Assembly: GCA_040754655.1 (NCBI GenBank)
Contig: JBFMCE010000033.1
Coordinates: forward strand, 1 to 38,719
DNA: 38,719 nt
Reading direction: 5' to 3'
Origin: Bdellovibrionota bacterium
GTDB lineage: Bacteria; Bdellovibrionota; UBA1018; UBA923
Shown here: in pieces, positions 25,719 to 35,228 of the stretch
Numbering within the stretch: position 1 is the stretch's first letter
Layout: the number at the start of each line of letters is the position of its first letter
Program-made: the position numbers and the translations under genes
The notes under the pieces: model-generated
The model's database searches: none
What the model saw: the letters and a program-made list of their open reading frames with translations, nothing else
What the model was told of the DNA's origin: nothing

Positions 25719-26990
25719 ATGCGTCGCATGAAAAAAGAGAGCAGACCTCGGGTTGTAGTGGTCGTAGACGGCTATTCTTCTGGCGGACTTTATCCTGACG
25801 ATTTGAGGGCTCAAGGCGTGTCATGCGTCCATGTTGAAAGCGGCGCGTATATTCCACCTGCTTTATTTAAGACCTTTGACCAAGAGAAATATCTAAAAAC
25901 TTTCGCGGCTTACGAGGCGAGAAATCTGCAGGACCTAGTTTCATCGCTGAAACGAGAGTACGAAGTCTTGGGCGTCGTTTCAGGCACTGAAACGGGCGTT
26001 GAACTCACTGACCGCCTGGCAAATGCATTCGGTTTACCTGGCAACCCGATAGAAACGAGCGCTCTCAAGCGAGACAAGGCCAAGATGGTCTCAGCCTTGG
26101 CTTCAAAGGGATTGCGCTGCATCCAAAGTTTGAGCACCAAGAGCGCCGATGAGGCCCTGGCATGGGTTCGTGGTCAAACTCAGTTTCCGGTGATCGTCAA
26201 GCCTTTGAAAAGCGCTGGCACGGATGGGGTTGAGGTTTGCGCAGATGAGAGCGCTTTGCGAAACGCTTTCAAAACGAAGCTTGGTAAGCTCGATGCGTTC
26301 AAGAACGCCAATGACAGTCTCTTGGTGCAAGAGTTGATCGTCGGCGCTGAATATATTGTCGACACCGTTTCAATCGAGGGGCTTCATTACTTGAACTCGG
26401 TCTGGAAGTATCGAAAGGCTCGTCATGGCGCTCATGTGCTCTATGAGGTTGAAGAGCTTTTAGAGTACAGCGCGCCAGAAGTGCCGTTGATTTTTGAGTA
26501 CCTCAAAAAAGTTCTAGACGCGCTTGAACTGCAGTTTGGACCGGGCCATAGCGAGCTTTTCATCGACGAGAGGGGGCCCGTGCTGGTTGAAACGGGCGCA
26601 AGGCCCAACGGCGTGGGTGGCCCTCGTTTGAGCAAAAGAGCCGTAGGATTGAGTCAGATTGATTTGACGGTTGAAGCTATTTTAAGGCCTGACGAGTTCA
26701 GGAAACGAATAGGGACCCGGTACGAAGTTTCAGAGTTTTGCTTGCGCGCTTATTTCATTTCAGAAGCCGACGGCGTGCTCAAGCAGATCAAAAACCTTGA
26801 TCGAATCGAGGCGCTGCCTTCTTTTGCGCGCATGGACCTCGAAGTTGAAACAGGAGGCGCGCTTCAGAAAACGACGGATCTTTTCTCAAGCCCCGGGTCG
26901 TTGGATTTCTTCCACAAAGACCGTGCGCAGCTTTGGAAAGATTATGAGGCGTTCCAAAAAATTGAAACGGACGGAGTATTTATTGTTTGA
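25719..26990 (+). CDS. ATP-grasp domain ligase (amino-acid ligase-like)
   Basis: VVVVDGYSSG, KRDKAKM, PVIVKPLKSAGTDGV, LVQELIVGAEYIVD, GPGHSELF...LVETGARPNG. Alternative start 25728. Confidence 0.88.
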   Translation: MRRMKKESRPRVVVVVDGYSSGGLYPDDLRAQGVSCVHVESGAYIPPALFKTFDQEKYLKTFAAYEARNLQDLVSSLKREYEVLGVVSGTETGVELTDRLANAFGLPGNPIETSALKRDKAKMVSALASKGLRCIQSLSTKSADEALAWVRGQTQFPVIVKPLKSAGTDGVEVCADESALRNAFKTKLGKLDAFKNANDSLLVQELIVGAEYIVDTVSIEGLHYLNSVWKYRKARHGAHVLYEVEELLEYSAPEVPLIFEYLKKVLDALELQFGPGHSELFIDERGPVLVETGARPNGVGGPRLSKRAVGLSQIDLTVEAILRPDEFRKRIGTRYEVSEFCLRAYFISEADGVLKQIKNLDRIEALPSFARMDLEVETGGALQKTTDLFSSPGSLDFFHKDRAQLWKDYEAFQKIETDGVFIV

Positions 26991-27075
26991 GGGGCCTTGC
27001 CTGAGTTCAAATCCCAGTAAATGCAGGGCAGGCGACAAAGCGAATGCGAGGATTTCAGCTTTGGCAAAATGGCTT

Positions 27076-28977
27076 CTAATAATTGAAAAGATCGACGCCT
27101 ACCCAATCGATCGCGGTGGCTCTGGCGCGTTTTTCGTCGAATCGATTCCGCAAGCCGCGAGCGGCGGCCAGCCTCACGCGTTCAAAAGGCGCAGACTCTT
27201 TCACGACAGCGTATTCAAGCAGTGCCGCGCTTCGTTTTCCCAAGAGGTCAAACAAACGCGCGCGATAGAGCCTGCCTAGACTTAGCCTGTGAGCTTGGGC
27301 TTGCATCCTGATCGGAGAAGTTTCCTCCGAAGGTTTTTCATTCAGGTCAGGGTCTTTCAGGGCCAGATCGAGAGTTTTGAGAAGAGCTTCCACCGTCGTA
27401 GGCTCGAGGCTCTTATGCCGAAGGTGGTGCCAAACTCCGTAATAAAGCCCTGCCCAGTAACCTCGAAGCGAGCTCTCTGTAGATTGCGCCTTTTCGCCCA
27501 CAAGTTTTGCGTATTCCTCTAAAAAAGCCGTTCGTTTCTGCGGATTTCCTGTGAGCGCCGGGCTTGAGGCTTGTCGCAAAAGCGATCGCAAGGCCCAGCC
27601 CGTCTTTCCGAGCTCGTTCTCAAAACCAACGTTGATCACAGTCGGCATGACCTTGGGAGGGGCGGATGAGCGCAGGTCGCTCCATCGGTATTCGTAATAC
27701 CTATTTTCATTCGGAGCTCGTTCATCGGTGCCTGCCGCGACCCAGAGACGCCGGTGGTTGGCGTCAAAGATCACCGACTGGATGTTATCAAGTTTTGCGA
27801 TGGTGCCGCCGGCGACCCGGTGGTGTTGGCCTAAAAGCGCAGTCATGCGTTCAGCCGTTGCCCATCCCGAAGCGTGGCCCTTTTTAGCGTATTGCGAAAG
27901 TGTTTCCGCGCGTTCAAACGAATCAAGCCACGATCCTGGGGTGTAAAAAACTTGATCCTTTGAGAGTGCTGGCGAAGAGACGTGATTGGTTTGATAGAAA
28001 AAAGGTTCGGAAGAGCGTCGAATGGCGATTTCATGGGCTGAAGTTTCTACCACGGCGCGATCAAGGCCCTGAGAAAGCACATAAGCCCACCCACCGGCCC
28101 TCGGAAAGCTTCGAATGATTGCAATCGCATCGTCGATGGTGCGCGCGCTTCGGATGACTTCGGCGCTGATCACCGGAACTGGCGTGCCTGATGCTTGAGT
28201 GTCTGAAAGAGTAAGTTGATGAACAGCAAGAGTGAGCCCGGCTTCATTGAATGCCGTAATGCCTAGCGCATGCACTCCAAGCGCTGTTACTGAGACGTGA
28301 GCCAACCCTTCCTTCGGAATGGAATGAACGATGACCGGTTTGCGATCCCAATATCCCACGCCTTCATAATCGAGGTTGCGGCCATGAAATGCGGAGACCG
28401 AGCCCGAGTTCCAAATGATTGAGGTGCAACCCAAAGACTGCGGCAACACCGGGCTCTGCTCAGACTCGTAAAAAAGAGAAACCGCGCGCAGCGCCGTGTC
28501 GGGTAAAACAAGCGCATTGAAGACCAGCTCTTCGCTTACTCTGAGCGCCTTGGCGAATTCCCGATAGGCGTCTTCGTACTTCTCGGGCAAGTGTTCAATC
28601 ATGGGACGGCCAATAAATGCCCAGTTTGCACTCGCAACGAGTTTTCGCAGCACGCTTGATTTCGAGAGAAGAGGGCTTTGTTCAAGTTGATGCTCGATTC
28701 TTTTTCCCATGAATTCAAGAGTCGTTTTTACGTCGGGTTGGCGCGCCGCGATTTGCCCATGAGACCTTGCGATTTCTTCGATGCTGCCCTCAAGGTGCAT
28801 GACGGGCACCGGGAATCGGGTGTTGTACCAAGAGGCTTGTGCCGGGGTAGAGGGGCGCCGTTCTTGGGCGTGGCTTACCCCTGCCAGAGCGTATAAGAGG
28901 AGGAGGGGCAATAAAATTAGTTTAAGCATCTGTTTTGTAAGCATTTTTTCTAAAGAAAGTCTTCCCTGTTTTGGCAC
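27076..28977 (-). CDS. Exported C45-family Ntn-hydrolase (autoproteolytic peptidase/acyltransferase)
   Basis: Signal peptide; LGCTSI autocleavage Cys, HGRNLDY, FNEAGL, QTNH; helical C-terminal extension. Confidence 0.85.
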   Translation of the reverse strand: MPKQGRLSLEKMLTKQMLKLILLPLLLLYALAGVSHAQERRPSTPAQASWYNTRFPVPVMHLEGSIEEIARSHGQIAARQPDVKTTLEFMGKRIEHQLEQSPLLSKSSVLRKLVASANWAFIGRPMIEHLPEKYEDAYREFAKALRVSEELVFNALVLPDTALRAVSLFYESEQSPVLPQSLGCTSIIWNSGSVSAFHGRNLDYEGVGYWDRKPVIVHSIPKEGLAHVSVTALGVHALGITAFNEAGLTLAVHQLTLSDTQASGTPVPVISAEVIRSARTIDDAIAIIRSFPRAGGWAYVLSQGLDRAVVETSAHEIAIRRSSEPFFYQTNHVSSPALSKDQVFYTPGSWLDSFERAETLSQYAKKGHASGWATAERMTALLGQHHRVAGGTIAKLDNIQSVIFDANHRRLWVAAGTDERAPNENRYYEYRWSDLRSSAPPKVMPTVINVGFENELGKTGWALRSLLRQASSPALTGNPQKRTAFLEEYAKLVGEKAQSTESSLRGYWAGLYYGVWHHLRHKSLEPTTVEALLKTLDLALKDPDLNEKPSEETSPIRMQAQAHRLSLGRLYRARLFDLLGKRSAALLEYAVVKESAPFERVRLAAARGLRNRFDEKRARATAIDWVGVDLFNY

Positions 28978-29029
28978 TTTAGGCTTACCTGTGGATATTG
29001 TAAAATAAGCTTTGAGGGGTTTGTCAGGG

Positions 29030-30064
29030 ATGTCTTCTCAAAGGGCTGTTTTCTTGTGTGTTTTCAATCTTTTTTTTCTTTCGATTCCATTCGCAGGTTT
29101 TAGCCGGCAGGCTGCCGCAGTAGACCCCGGAATCGGACAAATCCTTTCCATTCATAAGCGTTATTCTTCTGGGCTCAAAGTGCGGCTTAACCGGCAAGAT
29201 GCTTATCCGAAAGATCGCATTGCCGAGGGTTCGGTTCTTCAGACCTTTGCGGGTCAAGTAGCCGTGATCTTGATGAATGATGGAACCGAACTTACCGTGG
29301 GGCCTAGCACCCGAGTGCGTTTTTCAGACTGGAACAGGCGAGTGCAAGGTCTTTTGCGTCGAACCTTGTACTTTGACAACGGGGTGGTGAGGCTTAAAGT
29401 TCGAAAGGCCTATTCCATTGAAGAACCCTTTTTGGTGGTTCACAAGCTGGGAGCGGTAGCCGTTCGTGGGACTGAGTTCATCTTGGAGGCGGGGCCAGGC
29501 GGAAGGCTTGAGAGCGCAAGGCACCTTTCAACTGCGGAACTTTTAGAACGTCGCGATGAAATCGAACTGCATACCCTTGCAGGTGAAGTTGATTTTGCAC
29601 GCTCTTTTGCGGAGCTTGAGCAGGCTGAGAATAGGGTAAGGGTTTTCGCTGGCCAGACTTCGTTGTTGAGAAAAGAAATGACAAAGCCTCAACAACCGCA
29701 CCCCTTTGATCTTCAATCTTATAAGACCTATCTAAGCCATGCTTTTCATGAGCCAGAGGTGACCGTCTCAAAAGCGGCAACCAATGCCCCTCGCGCAGGT
29801 TTGGTGCTCAATGTCGAAAACTCAAGTGTGCTTTACTATCAAGAGGTGCCACTGCCGGGCCAAGGTCGTCGCCGTGGTTTGGCCAGTGATCAAGCTGAAA
29901 CCCTGGGTTCAGAGCTTCAGCGTTTGGCGCCTCCGCAAAGCCGAAGAGGAAAATTTTTAGATTCTTCATCGCAACCTCGGAAGAAGAAGTCTGAGCGTTT
30001 GCGAAACCGTGGGATGCGGTACAATACCGGATATCCCGATGCCTTTTCCGGAGGAGATGGTTGA
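29030..30064 (+). CDS. FecR-domain exported protein
   Basis: Signal/TM segment; DGTELTVGPSTRV, AVAVRGTEF, LAGEV are FecR-domain motifs. Alternative TTG start 29012. Confidence 0.8.
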   Translation: MSSQRAVFLCVFNLFFLSIPFAGFSRQAAAVDPGIGQILSIHKRYSSGLKVRLNRQDAYPKDRIAEGSVLQTFAGQVAVILMNDGTELTVGPSTRVRFSDWNRRVQGLLRRTLYFDNGVVRLKVRKAYSIEEPFLVVHKLGAVAVRGTEFILEAGPGGRLESARHLSTAELLERRDEIELHTLAGEVDFARSFAELEQAENRVRVFAGQTSLLRKEMTKPQQPHPFDLQSYKTYLSHAFHEPEVTVSKAATNAPRAGLVLNVENSSVLYYQEVPLPGQGRRRGLASDQAETLGSELQRLAPPQSRRGKFLDSSSQPRKKKSERLRNRGMRYNTGYPDAFSGGDG

Positions 30065-30516
30065 CGATGACGACTTGGACAAGGATTTCCAAGCTGAGCA
30101 AACAAGTAAGCGCGTGCCCTCAATGCGGCGAAGATTGGTCGGTTCTTCAAAAAACGTATTCACAAGATTGCGAGTTTTGCCCACGATGCGGAAGCCCCGT
30201 GTCTGATTGCAGTATTGATCCGTTTAGAACAAGAAACCCATTTACAAAGGCCAGTGCGACTCAAGTCAACCGACGCGCAAAGTTCGTGGTGCGCGCAGGC
30301 GTTTTTGGCCTGGGGACGGTCGGACTGGTGACCGGGAGCGTGCTTTGTTACGGCGGGTGGGTTGATCCGGGTGAGATGGATTTGGTGCAAGTTTGGATTT
30401 CTCGCGTAGGCGGACCCTTCTTGCTTCTTCAAGGCTTGGTCTATGTCTGGCTGCCCTTTCGCCAGCCGGTTGCAGCTCAGGTGATTCCACTTCAGAGCAG
30501 GCGTCGCGCGGGGTGA
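30061..30516 (+). CDS. Hypothetical membrane protein with N-terminal zinc ribbon
   Basis: CPQC...CEFCPRC followed by two hydrophobic helices; start overlaps the FecR stop (TTGA). Confidence 0.6.
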   Translation: MTMTTWTRISKLSKQVSACPQCGEDWSVLQKTYSQDCEFCPRCGSPVSDCSIDPFRTRNPFTKASATQVNRRAKFVVRAGVFGLGTVGLVTGSVLCYGGWVDPGEMDLVQVWISRVGGPFLLLQGLVYVWLPFRQPVAAQVIPLQSRRRAG

Positions 30517-30608
30517 GAGGTCTAACAAATTAGCGAGAGACGTCGTAATAAGTTTCAGAGCTTCCGCGTAAACTACGGGTGAGATCAAAGTACCGACAAA
30601 AGCTGTTT

Positions 30609-30899
30609 TTAAGCTCGTTTTTTGAGAACGATGTCTTCCAAGCGAGTAACCCGTTCGGCAAGATCCTGAGTTTCAATAAGCGACTTACGTAGGATGTCCC
30701 GCATTAACTGTTGATACTTCAGGCCTTTTTTTGTCGCTTCTTTCTTGTATGCTCGGATCAGGCTCGCATCCAAGAAGATCGTCGTACGAATTTTAGGATC
30801 TTGCGCTTGCGCATATTCCTCATCAGTCATTTCAACTGCGCCATATTGAAAATCACCATCTTTTAAAGCTTTCTTTTTGTTTTCAGCTTTCGCCTTCAT
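30609..30899 (-). CDS. BrnA/CopG-like ribbon-helix-helix antitoxin
   Basis: KIRTTIFLDASLIRAYKKEATKKGLKYQQLMRDILR matches the BrnA-type consensus. Overlaps the upstream small gene by 17 nt. Confidence 0.78.
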   Translation of the reverse strand: MKAKAENKKKALKDGDFQYGAVEMTDEEYAQAQDPKIRTTIFLDASLIRAYKKEATKKGLKYQQLMRDILRKSLIETQDLAERVTRLEDIVLKKRA

Positions 30900-31119
30900 A
30901 TTCTTCCCAAGTCTCAATCAAAAGATCTCTGTTTTTCACAACTACTTCAGATAGTTGAGTCAAAGTCGGTTTGGAAAATCCGTGAACCGCAAGGCACTTT
31001 CCAGTTTGAATATCAAACTTTGCTTCTGCTCCAGCCGCCAGTACATGCACATGAGCAGGTCGATGGTCTTGTGGGTAAATCACGAACTTAAATCGACCGA
31101 ATCGGAGCACAACTGGAAT
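30883..31119 (-). CDS. DUF4160-family protein (putative TA toxin component)
   Basis: PVVLRFGRFKFVIYPQDHRPAHVHV...EAKF...LIETWEEY is the DUF4160 pattern. The codon at the expected Met position (31119-31117) is ATT; the first conventional start is GTG 31110. Confidence 0.8.
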   Translation of the reverse strand: MPVVLRFGRFKFVIYPQDHRPAHVHVLAAGAEAKFDIQTGKCLAVHGFSKPTLTQLSEVVVKNRDLLIETWEEYEGES

Positions 31120-31123
31120 GTAT

Positions 31124-31154
31124 ATTATATATTAACTTTATATACACCTGTCAA
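31124..31154 (-). promoter_or_regulatory. Sigma-70 promoter of the DUF4160/antitoxin pair
   Basis: TTGACA (31154-31149) and TATAAT (31129-31124), 19-nt spacer, overlapped by an inverted repeat GTATAT...ATATAC (31120-31145). Confidence 0.6.
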
Positions 31155-31264
31155 TAACAAAATAGCATATTGAAATAATTGAGAATATTTGGCTCGTCTT
31201 TTTGAGTGAGCGGTTTACAAGAAGGTAAGAACCCAGTGATTGAATCTAATTCGCACCTGAAAAC

Positions 31265-32629
31265 TCAGTTTTGAAATTTGAGTGGAAGAGTGACGGTAAA
31301 GCATGAGCCTTGGTTGGGTTCGCTTTCGACTCGGATTTCCCCACCGTGCTGTTCGACGATATTTTTGGTGATGTAAAGTCCAAGGCCAAGCCCCGCAATA
31401 TGATTCGAGATCGACACGCGTTCAAATTGCTTGAAAATCTTGGAATGATTCTCTTTAGAGATGCCTAGGCCATGGTCTCGAACCGAAATCAGGGCGGCGC
31501 CATCCTGTCCGGTCAATCTGATCTCAATGGGCTTTCCGGTGCCATACTTGATCGCGTTTGAAAGCAGGTTCGTGACCACCTGTTCAATTCTAAAGCGATC
31601 CCAATGACCAACAAGGTCAACTCCATTTTCAAGCCATATTGAGCATCCGGCCGATTCTGCCTGAAGTTGATACCTCGCGACGACTTCTTCAACAAGCTCG
31701 GAAAAATTTACGTTCTCTGGTCGAAGTGTGAGTTTACCCATTTGGATTCGAGAGTGATCCAGCATGTCTTCAACGAGCCGCAAGAGGCGCCGCACTTGAG
31801 AGTCGGTCTGATTGACTAGGTTAGAAACCTTGTCAGGGGACAAAAGCGCGGTGTTGCCCGCTTTGATTGCTCGCTGGGCGAGCTGAGTCTGTAGAGTAAG
31901 GGATGTCAGGGGCGTTTTCAGCTCGTGTCCGCAGACAGAGATGAAAGCTTCTTTCGCCTCGAGAGCGTCTTTAAGCTGGGTTCGGATTTTTTGGAGGGCT
32001 GCGATGTTTTCAGCGCGTTCGTCAACGACTTGTTCAAGCAGGGCTCTTTTTTCGGCGATCTCTCGCATCTCCTGAATGCTCTGGCGACACCCAAGGGCTA
32101 TGAAAATATCTTCGAAGATCACCCAGCTTGAATGTTCGATCCAACGAAACGGGCTAGGCGACAGGATGCCATAGACGGACTGCGGCCAATAGACGCCACG
32201 GAAAAAGTGATCAAGGGCGACAACCGTTGACGCCGAAATCAAAACACGCCAGTCGCGATAGAACGCCAAGAAAGCAAGTGACCCAAAAACATGGAAGTGC
32301 GTTTCGATTCTTCCACCTGTCAAATGAATGAGAAGCGCGGAATCAAGCATTTGAGCAATGGCGATCACATGCCTTGTCACCGTTCGGCCAGGAAGAAGAA
32401 GGGCAAGGGCGATTGGCAAACTCAAGATGAGTCCGCCTAAGAATACGGCGGCGAGAACATGAACGTGAATCGAACCCTGATCACCTGACCAGGTCTTTGG
32501 AGAGATCGCAAGCGCCGCGACAATGCCGGCGATATATTGAATCCCCATGAGAACGGCGAACATTCTGTCGGTTCGTCGGTAAATCGCGTCTTGGTGTTGC
32601 TGAAAAAGCTCCTCTGCGCGTGCCGTCAT
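31265..32629 (-). CDS. Membrane sensor histidine kinase with His-rich multi-TM input domain
   Basis: TM region with LIHLTGGRIETHFHVF, YRDWR, DHFFRG, WIEH; H box GHELKTPL, N box NLLSNAIKY, DHGLGI, GLGLGL. Confidence 0.92.
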   Translation of the reverse strand: MTARAEELFQQHQDAIYRRTDRMFAVLMGIQYIAGIVAALAISPKTWSGDQGSIHVHVLAAVFLGGLILSLPIALALLLPGRTVTRHVIAIAQMLDSALLIHLTGGRIETHFHVFGSLAFLAFYRDWRVLISASTVVALDHFFRGVYWPQSVYGILSPSPFRWIEHSSWVIFEDIFIALGCRQSIQEMREIAEKRALLEQVVDERAENIAALQKIRTQLKDALEAKEAFISVCGHELKTPLTSLTLQTQLAQRAIKAGNTALLSPDKVSNLVNQTDSQVRRLLRLVEDMLDHSRIQMGKLTLRPENVNFSELVEEVVARYQLQAESAGCSIWLENGVDLVGHWDRFRIEQVVTNLLSNAIKYGTGKPIEIRLTGQDGAALISVRDHGLGISKENHSKIFKQFERVSISNHIAGLGLGLYITKNIVEQHGGEIRVESEPNQGSCFTVTLPLKFQN

Positions 32630-33252
32630 CTTCTCAGCGCCACTTTTTCATGAGTTTTGAAGAGCGAGCAGCCAAACACCTTCGATTGCTGGATAGGGGC
32701 GCCACCTGAGTTTACGAATTGAATGGCTGCCGTTAGCCCGGGATTGTCGCCCATATGACCGCGAGAAATCGTGATTCCGCCGCTAAAACCAAGGCCTCCC
32801 TCTCCATCGAACGCAAGAAGATGACCCGAAGTCAATGCGCCGAAGTGTTTCGCCTCTCTTCCCTCAGGGTCAAGAATCGGAATCACGCCGGGAATCTCTG
32901 CTGCTTTGCTCCAGAGCGGCCCTTTTGTTTCGTTTTCCGTCCAGCCCTTGGGCTGAACAAACATCGCGTAAACATGAGCTTTGCGGTTTGTCTGCGCCAT
33001 GAGCGCATCAAGTTGCCCGACGGTTGCGCGGCTGCAAGGGCACTTTGGATGAAGAAATAAAACTAGAATAGGTTTATGGTCGAGAGGTCGTTTAAGAGCG
33101 CTAGCCGATGGCCAAGCTCCTAGTCTTTTCCCCACTTTTCCTGACATATTGGCGTAGTCACCGAGTGCTTTCAGTCCGCCTGCAATTGCACCCGCCCATA
33201 TCATTATCACCAAAGCCAAGAGAGCTGTTTTTTTCTTCTTCTTCTTCTTCAT
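32626..33252 (-). CDS. RedB-like membrane-anchored thioredoxin-fold protein
   Basis: K7 run plus TM anchor, LFLHPKCPCSRAT, FGALTSG, FSGGITISRGHMGDN, C-terminal VFGCSL; ATGA overlap with the kinase. Confidence 0.7.
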   Translation of the reverse strand: MKKKKKKKTALLALVIMIWAGAIAGGLKALGDYANMSGKVGKRLGAWPSASALKRPLDHKPILVLFLHPKCPCSRATVGQLDALMAQTNRKAHVYAMFVQPKGWTENETKGPLWSKAAEIPGVIPILDPEGREAKHFGALTSGHLLAFDGEGGLGFSGGITISRGHMGDNPGLTAAIQFVNSGGAPIQQSKVFGCSLFKTHEKVALRR

Positions 33253-33340
33253 TTGATGAGAGTCTTGATAGCACAGAAAAGAGAGGTCTTTCTACTTGTG
33301 GAATGCCTATAAAAGCTTATCCTTTTGCTTGCCCGCTGAC

Positions 33341-35080
33341 TTACCGAGCATCCAATGGAAGTGAAACCGTGAATGTGGTGCCAGCTTCGGAACTGCTCGC
33401 CCATGTGACCTGGCCGCCGTGGGCCTCGACTATTCCCTTGACCAGCGTGAGCCCGATACCCCATCCCTTCTGCCCACTGTGTTCTGCCTGATCTCCGCGC
33501 TGAAAGGGTTGAAACAGGTGGTCTTGATTCGCGCCTCGAATAGGATTTCCCTCGTTATGAACGGTAAGCTTTAAGCTTCCTCGCTCGTGGACAAGCTGAA
33601 CGGAAACAGGCCGTCTCGGGCTTCCATACTTGATTGCGTTTGTGACGAGGTTCTCCATCACCCGGCGAATACCGCGTCTGCACCAGAAACCTGAAATGGA
33701 TTCGCGCGCTTCAAATTCAATCGGATGGTTGCTCACGACCTTCAATTCTTCGACCACATCCTTGGCAAGCGAAACCATGTCGAAACTCTCGATATGAAGC
33801 GGAAGCTTCTGTCCGGCCTGAATGCGGTTGGCATCCAACATGTCCTCGATCATGGTGTCCGCTCGGTTTAGGCTATCCTCGATTCGGACAAGCGACCGCT
33901 CTCGGTCATCTACGCGATCAATATACCTCCTCAGAATTTGAGCGCTCGTTTTGGCAGCCGTGATAGGGCCCCGAAGATCATGGGTCAGGGCTGCGACGAA
34001 GCGGTCTCGTAGCTCGCGCTCCTGGTGAAGAAGATCATTGTCCCTCTGGATTTGCGAATACAGCCTTGCATGATCCACGGCAATCGCGATTCGATCAGCG
34101 ATGAGTTGAAGAAGGGTCTTGTCTTCTTCATGGAACTCCCGGAATTGGAGAGTCGCCACGTGGATTACGCCAATGGCGCGGTTTTCAATCCGAAGGGGCG
34201 CACCCAAAAAAGATTTCAATCCCCTGTTCTTCAACGAAGGGCTGAGCACTTCGATCTGGGCTAGGTCAGGCACGATCACCGCGGTCTTCGATTGAACGAC
34301 TTTTCCAATGACGCCGCCGCCGACAGGAATTCGCACTTGGTCGTCGACATCCTCGCCTCGTCCGCTCGTTGCTCGAACGACAAGACTCTTTCCATTGTCG
34401 ACGGCCAAATGGATAGCGGCCGAGTCGGCATGAAAGACTTGTTTTACCAATGAGAGAAGATCGTGAAGGAGTTGATTTTGATCAGGAGTCCGAACCAAGG
34501 CTACTTCCATGACCATTTGAAGATCTTGAAGCCTTTTTGCGGCCAGTTCCGCCTCTGCCTTGGCTACGCTGTCTAAGTATGACTTCACTTGCGTAAACTC
34601 ATGAGCCGCTTCCATGATGCTGCGATCAAACATCAAGCGGATGGTCTTGCGTTCAAACTCGGGGAGCGGGCCGCTCTCAATGAGGTGATCAAGCACAACC
34701 TCCCGAAGAGTCGTGTACTCATGGATCACTTGCTCGATAGTGTAGCCCGTATACATTGCCCGCTCGTGCGCATGTTCACGGGAAACTTCGTGGGCTAGCC
34801 GCTTGGAGACAAGCTGTGGCGCCTGCGGAGTCAAGGAATCGGTCAGGCGCGCGAGAAACTTCGGTATCGAGTTACGAAGGGCCAAGTGACTCATTGGGGA
34901 GGCGATCTGCAGCTCTTTTCGAACAGTTTGTTCCCATTGCAGCATGATTTCTTCTTGCTGTTGGCGCAGCCGCTCCGAAATGTCGGGTGTTTTTGATTGT
35001 GCAGTATCCACCGAAGTGCCCATTTCATGCAAGAAATGCACTTCGCGTTCCCGAAACCAATCCTTGATCCTGCGTAACAA
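33341..35080 (-). CDS. Cytoplasmic histidine kinase: RsbRD-N-like helical domain + GAF + HisKA + HATPase
   Basis: EHAHER..GYTIEQVIHEY..LRE; GAF (GVIGKV, SFLGAPL, IGVIHV, AIAVDHARLY); THDLRGP, NLVTNAIKYG, GWGIGL. True start may be ATG 35023. Confidence 0.9.
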   Translation of the reverse strand: MLRRIKDWFREREVHFLHEMGTSVDTAQSKTPDISERLRQQQEEIMLQWEQTVRKELQIASPMSHLALRNSIPKFLARLTDSLTPQAPQLVSKRLAHEVSREHAHERAMYTGYTIEQVIHEYTTLREVVLDHLIESGPLPEFERKTIRLMFDRSIMEAAHEFTQVKSYLDSVAKAEAELAAKRLQDLQMVMEVALVRTPDQNQLLHDLLSLVKQVFHADSAAIHLAVDNGKSLVVRATSGRGEDVDDQVRIPVGGGVIGKVVQSKTAVIVPDLAQIEVLSPSLKNRGLKSFLGAPLRIENRAIGVIHVATLQFREFHEEDKTLLQLIADRIAIAVDHARLYSQIQRDNDLLHQERELRDRFVAALTHDLRGPITAAKTSAQILRRYIDRVDDRERSLVRIEDSLNRADTMIEDMLDANRIQAGQKLPLHIESFDMVSLAKDVVEELKVVSNHPIEFEARESISGFWCRRGIRRVMENLVTNAIKYGSPRRPVSVQLVHERGSLKLTVHNEGNPIRGANQDHLFQPFQRGDQAEHSGQKGWGIGLTLVKGIVEAHGGQVTWASSSEAGTTFTVSLPLDAR

Positions 35081-35228
35081 CGACCAAAGCCGGCAATCTG
35101 GCTCTTTTTTGAGGATTGCTTTATTTTTCTAAGTAACTCGACGCCCAATCTTGCAGGTTGCATTAACTCTTGGATTTAGAAGAAAAGGGCTGCGTAAAAC
35201 CGTCCCCCTGCTTGCAAGGAGTGTCATC

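Noticed and set aside
26994..27029. tRNA T-arm-like CTGAG-TTCAAAT-CCCAG
   Set aside because: Mismatched stem, no acceptor/CCA or cloverleaf. More likely a hairpin between convergent genes.
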